A stretch of DNA of 43,202 bases from Candidatus Bathyarchaeota archaeon (GCA_018396395.1 JAGTQN010000003.1:1-43202), one strand, 5' to 3'. Positions 15,933-26,085 are shown, counted from the stretch's first letter. Program-made: numbers and translations. The notes: generated from the sequence alone by a model not told the origin.

Positions 15933-17075
15933 CTATTTTTCAAGGGATTTTTCCTCAAGGGTTATAATAGGACTATCCCTTTGTTCGTTCAAAATTTGGC
16001 TTTTATTACAAAGATTCCTCATTCCGTTGTCAAGGGCATTCATCGGAGGGGTGCGAACTAAATTAGGATCCAATGGTGACCCTATTAATCGGAGTCCCTT
16101 CTTGAAGGAGTAAACGTAGGGAATGGCTATATCAACTTTTTCGCTTGCCTGTATTTCCTTATAGATTCTCTTCGTAAGCTCGTACATGATCTTGGGTCTT
16201 TCTGTAGAAATGGTCATGAACCTCAGCCTCATGTAGACGCCATACCAGTCGGACATATCGGCCCTGATGTAGGGCTCCTGTCCCGTGGCCTTTATGATGT
16301 CCGCCGTAACCTCCCTTGCGGCATTGAGTAGAATCCTCTCAGCCTCATTCCAATCGGAGTCGTAGCTCATCCTCAAAACGAATTCATCGAGCATGTAAGC
16401 GGGCCCCGTGGAGGGTCTATGGGCTTCAAATTTGATGAGTTTCTCCTGATGCTTAGGCGTGTAGTTGATGAGGAGGGCACTGAAGAGCATGGCATTTGGG
16501 ATTAGGATTGTCCTGTTCGCAGGTTCCTCGCTGCCAACGCTTCCACCTACCTGATTGAGGGTTGTGTAAAGGGGAGATATTCCTACGACATCGCCTACCA
16601 AGCCATAGGAGGGGAGTTGTATTCGATCCCCTACTCGGAAGGGTCTTATGATGGATATGAGGAGCCATGCGGCAAAGCCGCTAACGGGCGCCTGTAAAGA
16701 CCAGCCTAGGATCAACCCTCCGAAGGCTGCAAACATCGATCCAACGGCTCCTAAGGAAAACCAATTGGAAATTATGAGGGCCAGCCCTACGAGTATGAAG
16801 GAAAACTTCACAAGACCATGGAGCATAGTGGCCTCGCCTTCTCCAATCTTCACCTTCGCCGTTGCGAACATTATGATGATGGAGCTAACCTCATAAAGTA
16901 GCGAGAGGCCTACTATGAGGAGTATGAGACGGACGAAGCGATCCGCGTAAGCAAAGGGCAAATAGGTTTCAATTATGTTCGAGATCTCCAAGCCATAGAA
17001 CCAAATGGATAAAGCTGTTGTTGCAAAGATGAGGATCCATAACCTTTTCTTCAACCTGTGCAAGGTTGACACCAT
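15933..17075 (-). CDS. mscS: Small-conductance mechanosensitive channel family protein
   Basis: Several TM segments, then GLILGWSLQAPVSGFAAW..RPFRVGDRI..GDVVGI..IPNA..INY. Confidence 0.9.
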   Translation of the reverse strand: MVSTLHRLKKRLWILIFATTALSIWFYGLEISNIIETYLPFAYADRFVRLILLIVGLSLLYEVSSIIIMFATAKVKIGEGEATMLHGLVKFSFILVGLALIISNWFSLGAVGSMFAAFGGLILGWSLQAPVSGFAAWLLISIIRPFRVGDRIQLPSYGLVGDVVGISPLYTTLNQVGGSVGSEEPANRTILIPNAMLFSALLINYTPKHQEKLIKFEAHRPSTGPAYMLDEFVLRMSYDSDWNEAERILLNAAREVTADIIKATGQEPYIRADMSDWYGVYMRLRFMTISTERPKIMYELTKRIYKEIQASEKVDIAIPYVYSFKKGLRLIGSPLDPNLVRTPPMNALDNGMRNLCNKSQILNEQRDSPIITLEEKSLEK

Positions 17076-17411
17076 TAAATGCTAATATCCTAAGTAATGC
17101 TTTACCCTACGCTTCCGCCTCTGCTTTCTTAGCAGAAGGGAAACGCTGTCCTTAAAAGCCTTATTACGACCCAGGCATATCCTTCGAAATACGGTTCGAT
17201 ATAGGGCGATATCCCCTAGCATCGATTTGGACTAAAAATCCAAAGCTTGGAATCGTTCCTGGAACTCAAGACTCAAAGCCTACTTAAATCCTTGGGGATT
17301 GCATCCCTTCCTTCGAGGCCGAAAGTATTTAAGGGGGATAGCTCCTTGATCCAAGGAAAAACATAGGGCTTAGTTAAAAGAGGAAAGAGGAAAAAGAAGG
17401 GGGTAGGGGTT

Positions 17412-18077
17412 ACGCCCATAGATCCCAAGAACATCATGGAAGCAGTCGAGGCCCTTAAGAAGCTAGGAGAATCTAGGAACGCACGCTTCAACGAGTCTGT
17501 GGAACTCATCGTAAACCTGAAGGACATAGACACGAAGAGACCTGAGAGGAGGATAACCGATGTGGCCGAGCTTCCCCATGAAATTGGGAAGAAGGTTCGA
17601 ATATGCTTCTTCGCCTCTGGGGACATGGCCCTAAGGGCCCAAAGGGCGGGTGCAGACCTTGTCATCGATCGTCAGGAAATCGAGCGAATCGCTGGAGATA
17701 AGAGGGAAGCCAAGAAGCTGGCTAATGCCTATGACTTCTTCTTCGCTGAGGCACCCCTCATGCCCCTCATTGGTAGAACCCTCGGTCGATTCCTCGGAAC
17801 TAGGGGAAAGATGCCTGTTCCTGTCCCGCCAGGGGCCTCCGTCGAGGATGTGATAGCCAGGGGCCGCCGAAGCGTGCGATTGAGGATGAGGGATCAGCCG
17901 GTCCTCAAGTGCAGGGTTGGAACGATGGATATGGATGCCAAGAAGATCTCTGAGAACGTTCAAGCCGTGCTGAATAGAATAGAAGGGCGTTTGGAGAAGG
18001 GCTTGAGAAACATTAAAAGCGTGATCCTAAAGACGACGATGTCGCCGAAGGTTCAGGTGAGCCTAGGAAGGTCTTAG
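17412..18077 (+). CDS. rpl1: 50S ribosomal protein L1 (start either ACG 17412 or ATG 17436)
   Basis: RFNESVELIVNLK, LPH, YDFFFAEAPLMPLIGRTLGRFLGTRGKMP, KTTMSP. Confidence 0.96.
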   Translation, partial: TPIDPKNIMEAVEALKKLGESRNARFNESVELIVNLKDIDTKRPERRITDVAELPHEIGKKVRICFFASGDMALRAQRAGADLVIDRQEIERIAGDKREAKKLANAYDFFFAEAPLMPLIGRTLGRFLGTRGKMPVPVPPGASVEDVIARGRRSVRLRMRDQPVLKCRVGTMDMDAKKISENVQAVLNRIEGRLEKGLRNIKSVILKTTMSPKVQVSLGRS

Positions 18078-18079
18078 CC

Positions 18080-18925
18080 ATGGGGGCCAAGGGCTATAAA
18101 GAAGAGGTTGTTGGAAGGCTTCAGAAGCTCGTAGCCCAATATCCAACTATAGCCATAGGAAGCCTTGAAAAGGTCAAGGCTGCCCAGCTCCAAGAGTTGA
18201 GGAAGCGTTTTAGAGGAAAGGTAGAGATCCATGTAGCCAAGAATACCCTAATGCGTAAGGTTTTAGAGACCCTCGGTGAAGGTCGGGAGAAGCTCATTCC
18301 ATACCTTAGTGGGCAGAACATCTTCATCTTCACTAAGGACTCCCCCTTCGACCTTGAGCTTTTGCTCGAAGAGAGCAAAGTCATGGTCCAAGCGAAGGCT
18401 GGAGATGTAGCCCCGAAGGATATAGTCATCCCTGCTGGGAACACAGGCCTTCCAGCGGGTCCTGTGATAAGTGAGCTGAACGCCGTGGGACTGAGGACGA
18501 AGATCGAAGCTGGAAGCGTCTGGATTACCAGCGATGCCGTGGTTGCCAAAAAGGGAGAGAAGATCTCCCCAAATCTGGCTAGTGTCCTAGCAAAGCTTGG
18601 AATAAAACCTATTGAAACAAGGCTTATGCTGAAGGTTGCCTACTCGGACAACCTGATCTTAACGGCTGAACAGCTATCCCTAGACATACCAGCCATAGAG
18701 AAAAGCCTCAAAGAAGTCTACAGTCAAGCCCTAAACTTTGGGCTAGCGATCGAATATCCAACGCTAGAAACACTTCCAGCCCTTCTCATAAAGGCTTATA
18801 GCCAAGCTAGGCTCCTAGGTATCGAGGCCTCCTATGAATCGCCGGACCTCATTACCGATATCCTCATCAAAGCCGAGGCCTTAGCCACTATAATAGCTTC
18901 GAAGGTCTATGGAAGCCCCTCCTAG
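18080..18925 (+). CDS. rpl10: 50S ribosomal protein L10 (P0)
   Basis: QLQELRK..VAKNTL, AKAGDVAPKDIVIPAGNTGLPAGP, LAKLGIKP; follows rpl1. Confidence 0.96.
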   Translation: MGAKGYKEEVVGRLQKLVAQYPTIAIGSLEKVKAAQLQELRKRFRGKVEIHVAKNTLMRKVLETLGEGREKLIPYLSGQNIFIFTKDSPFDLELLLEESKVMVQAKAGDVAPKDIVIPAGNTGLPAGPVISELNAVGLRTKIEAGSVWITSDAVVAKKGEKISPNLASVLAKLGIKPIETRLMLKVAYSDNLILTAEQLSLDIPAIEKSLKEVYSQALNFGLAIEYPTLETLPALLIKAYSQARLLGIEASYESPDLITDILIKAEALATIIASKVYGSPS

Positions 18926-19152
18926 GCGCTTTTTCTTCTCTTCCTCTTTCCCTTCCTCTTCCCCTACCTCCTTCTCGCTCCAGCTCCCGCTCCTTCTCCC
19001 TCTATCCCTGTCTATCACCCTATCGTGGCCATTAGACCTAAAAGGACTGAAGGCCAAAAGGTCGAGTATGAAGCGAAAGTTAAAATAGGAAAACCTAAAG
19101 GAGGTATGTAGCTAGATCATCTAACTAGACGATGGTATGGGAGGATGTAGGA

Positions 19153-19494
19153 TTGGAGTACATCTACGCAGCCCTTCTCCTTCACCGCTCAGGACAGGAA
19201 ATCACAGAGGAAGGAATAAAAAGGATTCTTCAGGCTGCAAACCTTGTCCCAGATGAGGCCAGGGTCAAATCCCTCATTGCAGCCCTTTCGAGGATCAACA
19301 TCGATGAAACCCTCAAGGGAGTTGGAGCCATGCCCTTCATAGGGGCTCCGATGGCAGCAGGTCAAGGTGCCCCAGCCTCTGTCACCCCTGAGTCTGAGAA
19401 GAAGGGTAAGGTAGAGGAAAAGGAGAAGGAGGCCGAGGAAAAGGAGAAGAAGGAAGAGGAGGCCCTCGAGGGTCTAGGCGCCCTCTTTGGTTGA
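19153..19494 (+). CDS. rpl12: 50S ribosomal protein L12 (aP1)
   Basis: (M)EYIYAALLLH N-terminus from TTG at 19153; acidic hinge; C-terminal GLGALFG. Confidence 0.95.
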   Translation: MEYIYAALLLHRSGQEITEEGIKRILQAANLVPDEARVKSLIAALSRINIDETLKGVGAMPFIGAPMAAGQGAPASVTPESEKKGKVEEKEKEAEEKEKKEEEALEGLGALFG

Positions 19495-19827
19495 GGGCTT
19501 TTCTTTTCTTTTCGCCCTCAGAGGTATGCGGGTTATTCTGCCGCATGTAAGGCAGGTAATGACTACATGGGGCTCTCCCTTGGACCTAAGCCTTATGCGA
19601 CAGTTTTGGCCAGGAAGCATTAATCCCTTGCATCCTCGGCACAGAAGCCTTCGGCATGTTTTGGGAAGACGGACTTTGTAACGCATACCTATTCTTCTTG
19701 CAATCTCAACGTAACGCTGGGCCAAGGATCGATTCTTAGGAAAAACCTTTACAGCGAGTTCGAAAAGGGCCTCAATGCGTTCCCTTGCGATACGTTTCAC
19801 CATGGAGGTTTTTGGCAACTTCAACAC
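19474..19827 (-). CDS. rnp4: Ribonuclease P protein component 4 (Rpp21)
   Basis: IARERIEALF, AQRYVEIARRIGMR, CRGC..L.PG, CLTCG..RIP. Confidence 0.93.
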   Translation of the reverse strand: MLKLPKTSMVKRIARERIEALFELAVKVFPKNRSLAQRYVEIARRIGMRYKVRLPKTCRRLLCRGCKGLMLPGQNCRIRLRSKGEPHVVITCLTCGRITRIPLRAKRKEKPSTKEGA

Positions 19828-20013
19828 TCGCCTTTGATTTTGCTAAATATCCATTGACAGATCGATGCATTAAACTTGTTCGATTCAGATTCAGAGGGCA
19901 TCGTCGATGAGATTTCTGAAAAAATCCTGTCGCGCATAAATCAAAAAAGAAGGTCAAAAGTTAAAGAAGGAAAATGGAAAAAAGTAAAGAATGAGGGCTT
20001 GTCAAGCCAAGGG

Positions 20014-21345
20014 CTAGCCCATCGATCCTGTTTGCTCATCCATCATCCTCTTAGCCACTATAAGGGTTCGCCTGGCAAGGTTGCTTATGCGACTTCCCTC
20101 AAAGCCCGCCATTTCGCTATGGACGACATCCCTTAAGGGCATCGTCCATTTGCTAGGAAGTCCCTTGGCTCCCAACATAATGCCAAGGATGCTCCCAGCC
20201 GTAGCTCCGTTGCAGTCCGTGTCGAGGCCTCCCATGACACTTATTGTTATGGTCTTCTCGAAGTCTCCCTTTCCGTAGAGTAGGCCCATTAGGACTAGGG
20301 CAGCATTATTAATCACATGAACTGGGTGGTAATGCCCATACTTTTGCATGATAAGAGTCCATGTATCGCGCCAATCCCTATACCTTCGACTCCACTCCAC
20401 CACATCCTTAACAGCCTCAGCCAACCGGCACCGGGCAGGTATCATGGAAAGCCCTATGGATACGATCTCCTCCACATCCTTAGTCGTGAAGGCGGCCGAG
20501 ATCATAGAGCTTACGAACATTTCCCCATAGACGCCATTCTTGACATGGGAAAGGATTGCATCCTTGTATGCAAGCTCGGCAGCCAGCTCCGGAAAGCCGG
20601 GGGTTACATAGCCCCATATATCAGCCCTGATCTGGGCTCCAATCCATTCCCTGTAAGGATTCCTGTAAAGGGCTGTTTTAGGAGGCTTTAGCCCATTTAT
20701 AAGGTTCCTGTAAGCCACCCTTTCGGCGGTGTAAACCTTCTTGTAGGGAAGGTTAGAAAGCCATGCCTCCCCTACATCCTCCGTCCTGAAGGAGGCACCA
20801 TAAGTTTCGAGGATGTGCAAGCCTATCATCGTATAATCGATGTCATCATCCCTAGGCATGGAGTCGATATTGCCAAGAAGGCATGGGCTATCGGCCATTC
20901 TGGGAGGATAGCCAACAGGCACGGGCTTTATGGCTGGAAAGTAGTTCGAAAGGGGATAGGCGTCCGCAAGCCTTAGGTACCTTTCGATCTTCTCTCGACT
21001 CCAGCCCTCCACAGGCTTTCCAAGGAGGCATCCGGCGCATCGTCCTAGCCAACCCCCGTAAAGCCTATCGTAAAGTTCCTCTTCGCTTAACCTTGGAGGA
21101 GCTTGAATGACCTTCAAGCCTATGGGTCTCATAGCCTTTATAGCCTCAAGCTCTAGGGGCTCTGTGTAAGGAAAGTCGGGGCTGGGCTGGAGGGAAGCAA
21201 GGTCTTCAAGAAGATCTTCCAAGGCTTCAGGCGTTCTATTTTTAAGCATTGAAAACTTTTCTTCGATGTCTCCTACATCACACCCTTCCTGCCTTCTTTG
21301 GTCAATCTCCGCCCTGAGGAGGGGCTCCAAATCCTCAGTCCCCAT
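20014..21345 (-). CDS. ADP-ribosylglycohydrolase family protein
   Basis: GRCAGCLLGKPVEG, DDDIDYT, YTAER, WIGAQIRAD, GLDTDCNGATAGS. Confidence 0.9.
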   Translation of the reverse strand: MGTEDLEPLLRAEIDQRRQEGCDVGDIEEKFSMLKNRTPEALEDLLEDLASLQPSPDFPYTEPLELEAIKAMRPIGLKVIQAPPRLSEEELYDRLYGGWLGRCAGCLLGKPVEGWSREKIERYLRLADAYPLSNYFPAIKPVPVGYPPRMADSPCLLGNIDSMPRDDDIDYTMIGLHILETYGASFRTEDVGEAWLSNLPYKKVYTAERVAYRNLINGLKPPKTALYRNPYREWIGAQIRADIWGYVTPGFPELAAELAYKDAILSHVKNGVYGEMFVSSMISAAFTTKDVEEIVSIGLSMIPARCRLAEAVKDVVEWSRRYRDWRDTWTLIMQKYGHYHPVHVINNAALVLMGLLYGKGDFEKTITISVMGGLDTDCNGATAGSILGIMLGAKGLPSKWTMPLRDVVHSEMAGFEGSRISNLARRTLIVAKRMMDEQTGSMG

Positions 21346-21484
21346 TTCTACATCACCTAAATTTCTCTAGGACTAATTCCTTGGAAAATAATCCTTATCT
21401 ATTACTGTATTAGCGTAGCGGGGATCGATACTCTGAGGCTAAAAGAAAAATTGATCGATTTTATTTTTAGGCAGAAGTCTAAAA

Positions 21485-22237
21485 TTGATGGAAGAAGGAA
21501 AAACAAAGGAAGGGAAGGAAGCTGTCGTGCTTACGTTGATCATTGCTGAGGCTTCCCTCGAAACCATTCCAAAGGAGCTCCTGAGGAACCGCGATGTTCT
21601 AAGGCATGCAAGGCTTCGGGGCATAAGTCCTAGGTTCATGCTCCTTGATAGATCTTATCATCATCATGCGATGCTCAAGCTTCAGGATGGCGAGCGTAGG
21701 GGTAGGCCCGATATCGTCCACTTCGCATTGCTGGAAACCCTAGGGACTCCCTTAAATCTCGAAGGTCTTCTGAAAATTCGGGTCCATACCCTCCAAAACT
21801 TCGTCATAGAGGTGAGCCCTGAGGTAAGGCTTCCTAAGAACTATCTGAGGTTTAAGGGTTTGATAGAACAGCTCTTCCGATATGGGAAGGTGCCTCCAGA
21901 ACCCGGAGGAAAGCCCCTTATGATTCTAAAGAGACAGAGCCTGAGGGAGCTTATGGAAGAAATGAAGCCAAGCCTCACTGTTGGGCTGACGACTGAGGGA
22001 GCCCCTATAACATTGACGGAGCTTGCATGTAGGCTAAAGGAGGAGAAAGAACCGGCTGTCTTGGTTGGGGGCTTCCCAAGGGGCCATTTTTCCGATGGGA
22101 CCAAAGGAATGCTTCAGGCCCTTTACCGGATCGATCCGGCCTCTTTGGAAACTTCGGTTGTAGTTTCTCGCTTAATCTATGCCTTTGAGAAGGCTATAGG
22201 CATTGAGGACAAACGTTTTAAGGCAATGCTTTCATAA
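21485..22237 (+). CDS. nep1: 16S rRNA pseudouridine N1-methyltransferase Nep1/Emg1
   Basis: LLDRSYHHHAM, RGRPDIVH, RLPKNYLRFKGLIEQL, VGGFPRG. Confidence 0.94.
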   Translation: MMEEGKTKEGKEAVVLTLIIAEASLETIPKELLRNRDVLRHARLRGISPRFMLLDRSYHHHAMLKLQDGERRGRPDIVHFALLETLGTPLNLEGLLKIRVHTLQNFVIEVSPEVRLPKNYLRFKGLIEQLFRYGKVPPEPGGKPLMILKRQSLRELMEEMKPSLTVGLTTEGAPITLTELACRLKEEKEPAVLVGGFPRGHFSDGTKGMLQALYRIDPASLETSVVVSRLIYAFEKAIGIEDKRFKAMLS

Positions 22238-22699
22238 GACTAAGAGCCTATTCCTTAGAAAGAATTCTTTCGAACAAAACCAAGTAAGAGCAAAGCCTTA
22301 AAAAATAAAGGTTAAAGGCAAAAGAAAGGTGACCCTTTAGACCATCTCCTTAAGATAAAGGGATTGATGCCCTTCCCTTCCCTTCGCTTTGCTTTGCTTT
22401 CCTTCGCTTCTCTCCACCTTACCTTGCTTTGTCTTTCATCACAGAACTTTATGGATAAAAAGCTAAAGGGAACAAAAGAAGAAAGAAGGGGAAGCTCCTC
22501 CATTATCTTCTTTCTTTACTTTCATTTCATCTTCTTTACTTATGATTCAAACCCCGTGCCCCGCATGCTATGCCCTACTCCCAGCCCTGTACCATTCAAC
22601 TTTGGCGCCTTTCCAAGGCATACATGGAACCTAGGAGGAAGACGGCTCCATAAAAATATGGTTATGGGAAGGCCGCCGAAGGGATTAAGGACTTCATAC

Positions 22700-23362
22700 C
22701 TACCGAAGATGGCATATCGCAATCCATCGACGAGATAGTAAGGGGGAGGAGATAGCCACAAGTTGGGCTGGAAGAGGCATGGAAGTTATGGATAAGAAGA
22801 CTCCGCTTAAGAAGATCATGGGAAATCGGAATAGGTTGGCAAGGGTCTGGGCTTCAAAGACCTCCTTTATAACTACCGAAACGAAGCAACCAAGGGTTGA
22901 AAAGGTTGGGGCGACGACAAGGATGGTAAGGATTAGAAGCCAAGGATTTATCATCGGGGGCTCCGAGAAAGACGATGCCCAGGAAGACCATCACCAGGGA
23001 TATGGTCAAACCGAAGAAGGAGCCTCCAAGGATCTTACCTAGAATGAGGACAAGGAGGGATATAGGCGCCAAGAGAAGCCTTTCCAAGGGGCCTATCCTC
23101 CTCTCAAAGGTGATCATGACGGCCGCCATGGAAGTTGTTCCGAATAAGGTTGCCATTCCAATGAGGCCTGGAACAAGATCCGCCATACCATCACTAGGCT
23201 TCAGGAGGCATGAAAGTATCGTATGGCCCTGGTCTTCCTAGCATCACTGGGACCTAGAAGTCCAAAGACCTCACCAAGCTCTACTCTAAAGCTGATGCGA
23301 TCGATGTCAAAGTTCGATCTGTAAAGCTTGGTTATTCCCGAAACTTCGATGGCGCTTTCCAT
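22700..23362 (-). pseudogene. ABC exporter remnant: ATPase N-terminus fused by deletion to a frameshifted ABC-2 permease
   Basis: MESAIEVSGITKLY..ISFRVELGEVFGLLGPSDARKT (decayed Walker A) runs directly into LVPGLIGMATLF..ERRIGPLERLLLAPIS..RFPMIFLSGVF..YLVDGLRY. Confidence 0.8.
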
Positions 23363-23592
23363 CGCCTTTGGCAACCCTCCTTCAGGTTTTCTTGATTTCG
23401 CCCTCCTCTCCCCTAATTCCTTGCCTTATCTCTTCAAAGCATCTTTCGTAACGAGATGGTAAAAAATCCTTAGACTCGTATGGCTAATATTTTAGGGGCA
23501 TGCCTCGAGTCCCGCAATGGCAGTTTAGAACCCTGAAGGGCAAGGGTTTGACAATGATTAGGGAGGAAAGGAGCCCCTCGTATCCTCCTATC

Positions 23593-23976
23593 TTATTCTT
23601 CTAAAAGCGTTTTAATGATATCGGCATCCCGCCTGAGCCTTTCCAAGGAATCTCTTAAGTATTCGAGCCCATCCTCAGTTATTCTGTAGATCCTCCTCGC
23701 AGGCCCACTTTCCTGCATTTCCCAACTGGAAACTATAAAGCCAATTGCCTCCATTCTTCTAAGAAGCGTATAGATCAGAGGTCTGGGGGCCTCTATTTTG
23801 AACTTTTCCTTGAGGCCCTGATGGATATCGCCCCCATGGGTCGGTTTGACCTTTATGAGGTGCAGGATAGTCAGGTGGAGTAAGCCCCTCAATGGTGGAG
23901 GATGAGGCCCTTGCATGGGTCCCAAGGAAGGCATTCTATGTCTATGCCAATGATTTCCACAAACCATCTTAGTCAC
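23593..23976 (-). CDS. PadR-family transcriptional regulator
   Basis: ILHLI..HGGDI..IYTLLRRME..GFIVSSW..GPARRIYRITEDG. Confidence 0.9.
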   Translation of the reverse strand: MTKMVCGNHWHRHRMPSLGPMQGPHPPPLRGLLHLTILHLIKVKPTHGGDIHQGLKEKFKIEAPRPLIYTLLRRMEAIGFIVSSWEMQESGPARRIYRITEDGLEYLRDSLERLRRDADIIKTLLEE

Positions 23977-24008
23977 CTCATATTCCTAAGAATATTAGTT
24001 ACTAAGAT
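23966..24008. promoter_or_regulatory. Imperfect 43-bp palindrome over the padR start (candidate operator)
   Basis: ATCTTAGTCAC-ctc-ATATTC-ctaa-GAATAT-ta-GTTACTAAGAT, adjacent to an AT-rich TATA-like tract at 24007-24018. Confidence 0.5.
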
Positions 24009-24038
24009 AAATATATTTCTATCGCTCTGTAGGAGCCG

Positions 24039-25670
24039 TGTGAAGGTTTTTGTCTTCAAGCCGTAGCCGAAACCACATAACCAGAAGCCCTGGAAGCCTC
24101 AGCCATCTTCTCCATCGGAACGCGATCCACAAGCCCCTACCTCAACCTAGGCAACTTCTTGAGGCCCTCCTCCACATAATCCTCCCCAGTCACCAGGAGA
24201 TGATGAATTATGCAGAGAATCTTCCTAGCTAAAACGACAAAGGCTTTCTTCTAGCCCCGCCCAGCAGCAACCATGGGTAGAAGAGATTGAGCCTAAAGTC
24301 TTGGCGCGGGGAGCCGCATGGGCAAACTGGGCCACCATTCGTCTGAGACTTTTAGAGCCTCTTGAATCTTCGCCATCAAGTTCTTGTAAGCGTTTGGCAT
24401 ATCGATGGACAAAAGCCAGTCTAAGAGGCTAAATCCATCCTAAGCCTGGTCAGCGTAGGGAGCCTTGGCGGCGCGGAGGAGAACCAAATACACACCAGTT
24501 GACTCCATTACCAAAGCTTGCACCTGCTCTCCCTAAGCCAGGCCTGAAGTCCTCTATGCCCTTTTGATCCTTCTCAAAATTCCTGGTCCCACAGCCCTTT
24601 CTAGCGAGCATGGTGGCACAAAGCCGTCTTTTGCACGTCTAGATGCTGTAACCTTAAGCCTTCCACACCGCCTCCTCTACGAGGCTTAGCATGGAAAGGG
24701 GCTAGGATGCGAAGGATCCGCATGGAGCCTTTCCTAAAGCCATATGATACCTTACGTTATAGTAGCCCTTCCAGGCTTCAAGCCATGCGAATAAATGGCT
24801 GAAGGGATTTTCGCATCTGCATGGGAAGTAAAGGAAAGGTCGAAGATAAGAGAAGTCCTTAAGCCTACGCTTTACTTCCTTGCTTAGCCTTTCAGGAGGC
24901 TTTAGGAGGCTTCTGTCATGGATGAGCCTAAGCCCTAGCTCCGAGTAAGGCTTTACTTTATGCCATACCATGGAGCCCCATCGGCTACGATACGATAATC
25001 CTTACGCCATAATTTTCCTTTCCTTAACTTAAGCTTCCTTAGGAATAGGGCTGCTTCTCGTCCAGCTCAGTTCTAAGGCAAGGAGCCTCCGGGATCTGGG
25101 CTCTAAGGCCATCCATTCCATATCCAGGCTTCCATCGAATGCTCCCCAGGTTTATGGTCCTCTCGTTACGACGGCCATCCTAGCCTTACCCTTATAGAAG
25201 GCTTCTGAAAGGCTTCCGAATCTATCGAATGGACCCAACGCCATATGGATTCATGGCTTCTAGGAAGCCATAGGCTTATGGCCCTTGAATCCTTCCTTAA
25301 GGATAGACATGAAAGGTATAAGTATAGGATAGGGCATAGGCTACTTCACGATCTGCCTAGGAGCTATTCCTCTCGAAGGTTTTTATAAGGCATTGAGGGA
25401 GATAGGGCTCCTCTAAGGCTTAAGGTTACAGCACCCACATCTAAACTACAAGCTTTATGAAGCATCCACCACCTCGGTACATGTGGTGACTTTTGGGAGG
25501 GCCTCCGCGTCATCGAACTGGTCACGTTGCCATTCAGGCTCGAAGCCAATCTCCTAATGGGATTGGAGGCCCAGACCTTGCTCCGAAACGAGGTCGAACC
25601 CCAGACAAATGACAGTCAACTACCAATGCCGCCACAAGGAATTGGAAGCGTGGGACAAAAAACCTTCACA
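24039..25670 (-). mobile_element. IS110-family element remnant interrupted by IS6 copy 2
   Basis: ATG 25465 MLHKACSLDV|(insertion)..MESTGVY....KKAFVVLARKILCIIHHLLVTGEDY. Inverted repeat TGTGAAGGTTTTT(T)GTC at 24039-24054 and 25654-25670. Confidence 0.8.
24642..25435 (-). mobile_element. IS6-family element copy 2 (degenerate transposase)
   Basis: Colinear with 14912-15766; TIR G(A/G)TGCTGTAACCTTAAGCCTT; 8-bp TSD CACGTCTA/CACATCTA. Confidence 0.88.
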
Positions 25671-26085
25671 TTCCGTCTCTAATGGCGAAGCCTCAGTCCG
25701 TTCAGAAAGTTAGATAGACTAAAATAGATTTTGTTCCATCTATCATCCTAGTCAATTCATCTTAGTAAGCCAAGAGAAGAATTTTAGTCTATTTTTGTCT
25801 AATATCTTTGGAATTACTGTCAATCTGTTTTATGGCATCGCTCATATAACCATATGAAGTTCCTTCTGGTCGTTACGTCTACTTTAGTCGGTCTACTTAG
25901 GCGACTTTTTCTTAAACCTTTCTTAAAGGCTGATCCTTTAAGCTTATATTGTATCGAGGCATACGAATCACGAAGGTGTCATATATCTGGGCTTTCAGAA
26001 AGCCATCCGCGACAAAATCGCAAAAAGCCCAGAAGGCATCAAAATGAGGGGAAACTCCTCGAAAACCCATGGATTCAAGGAAGGA

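Noticed and set aside
22312-22738. 124-aa and 63-aa ORFs downstream of nep1
   Set aside because: Low-complexity pentamer repeats and antisense to the permease pseudogene tail.
15766-24642. Composite transposon formed by the two IS6 copies
   Set aside because: Each copy has its own distinct TSD and the enclosed genes are core ribosomal genes, so these are independent insertions.
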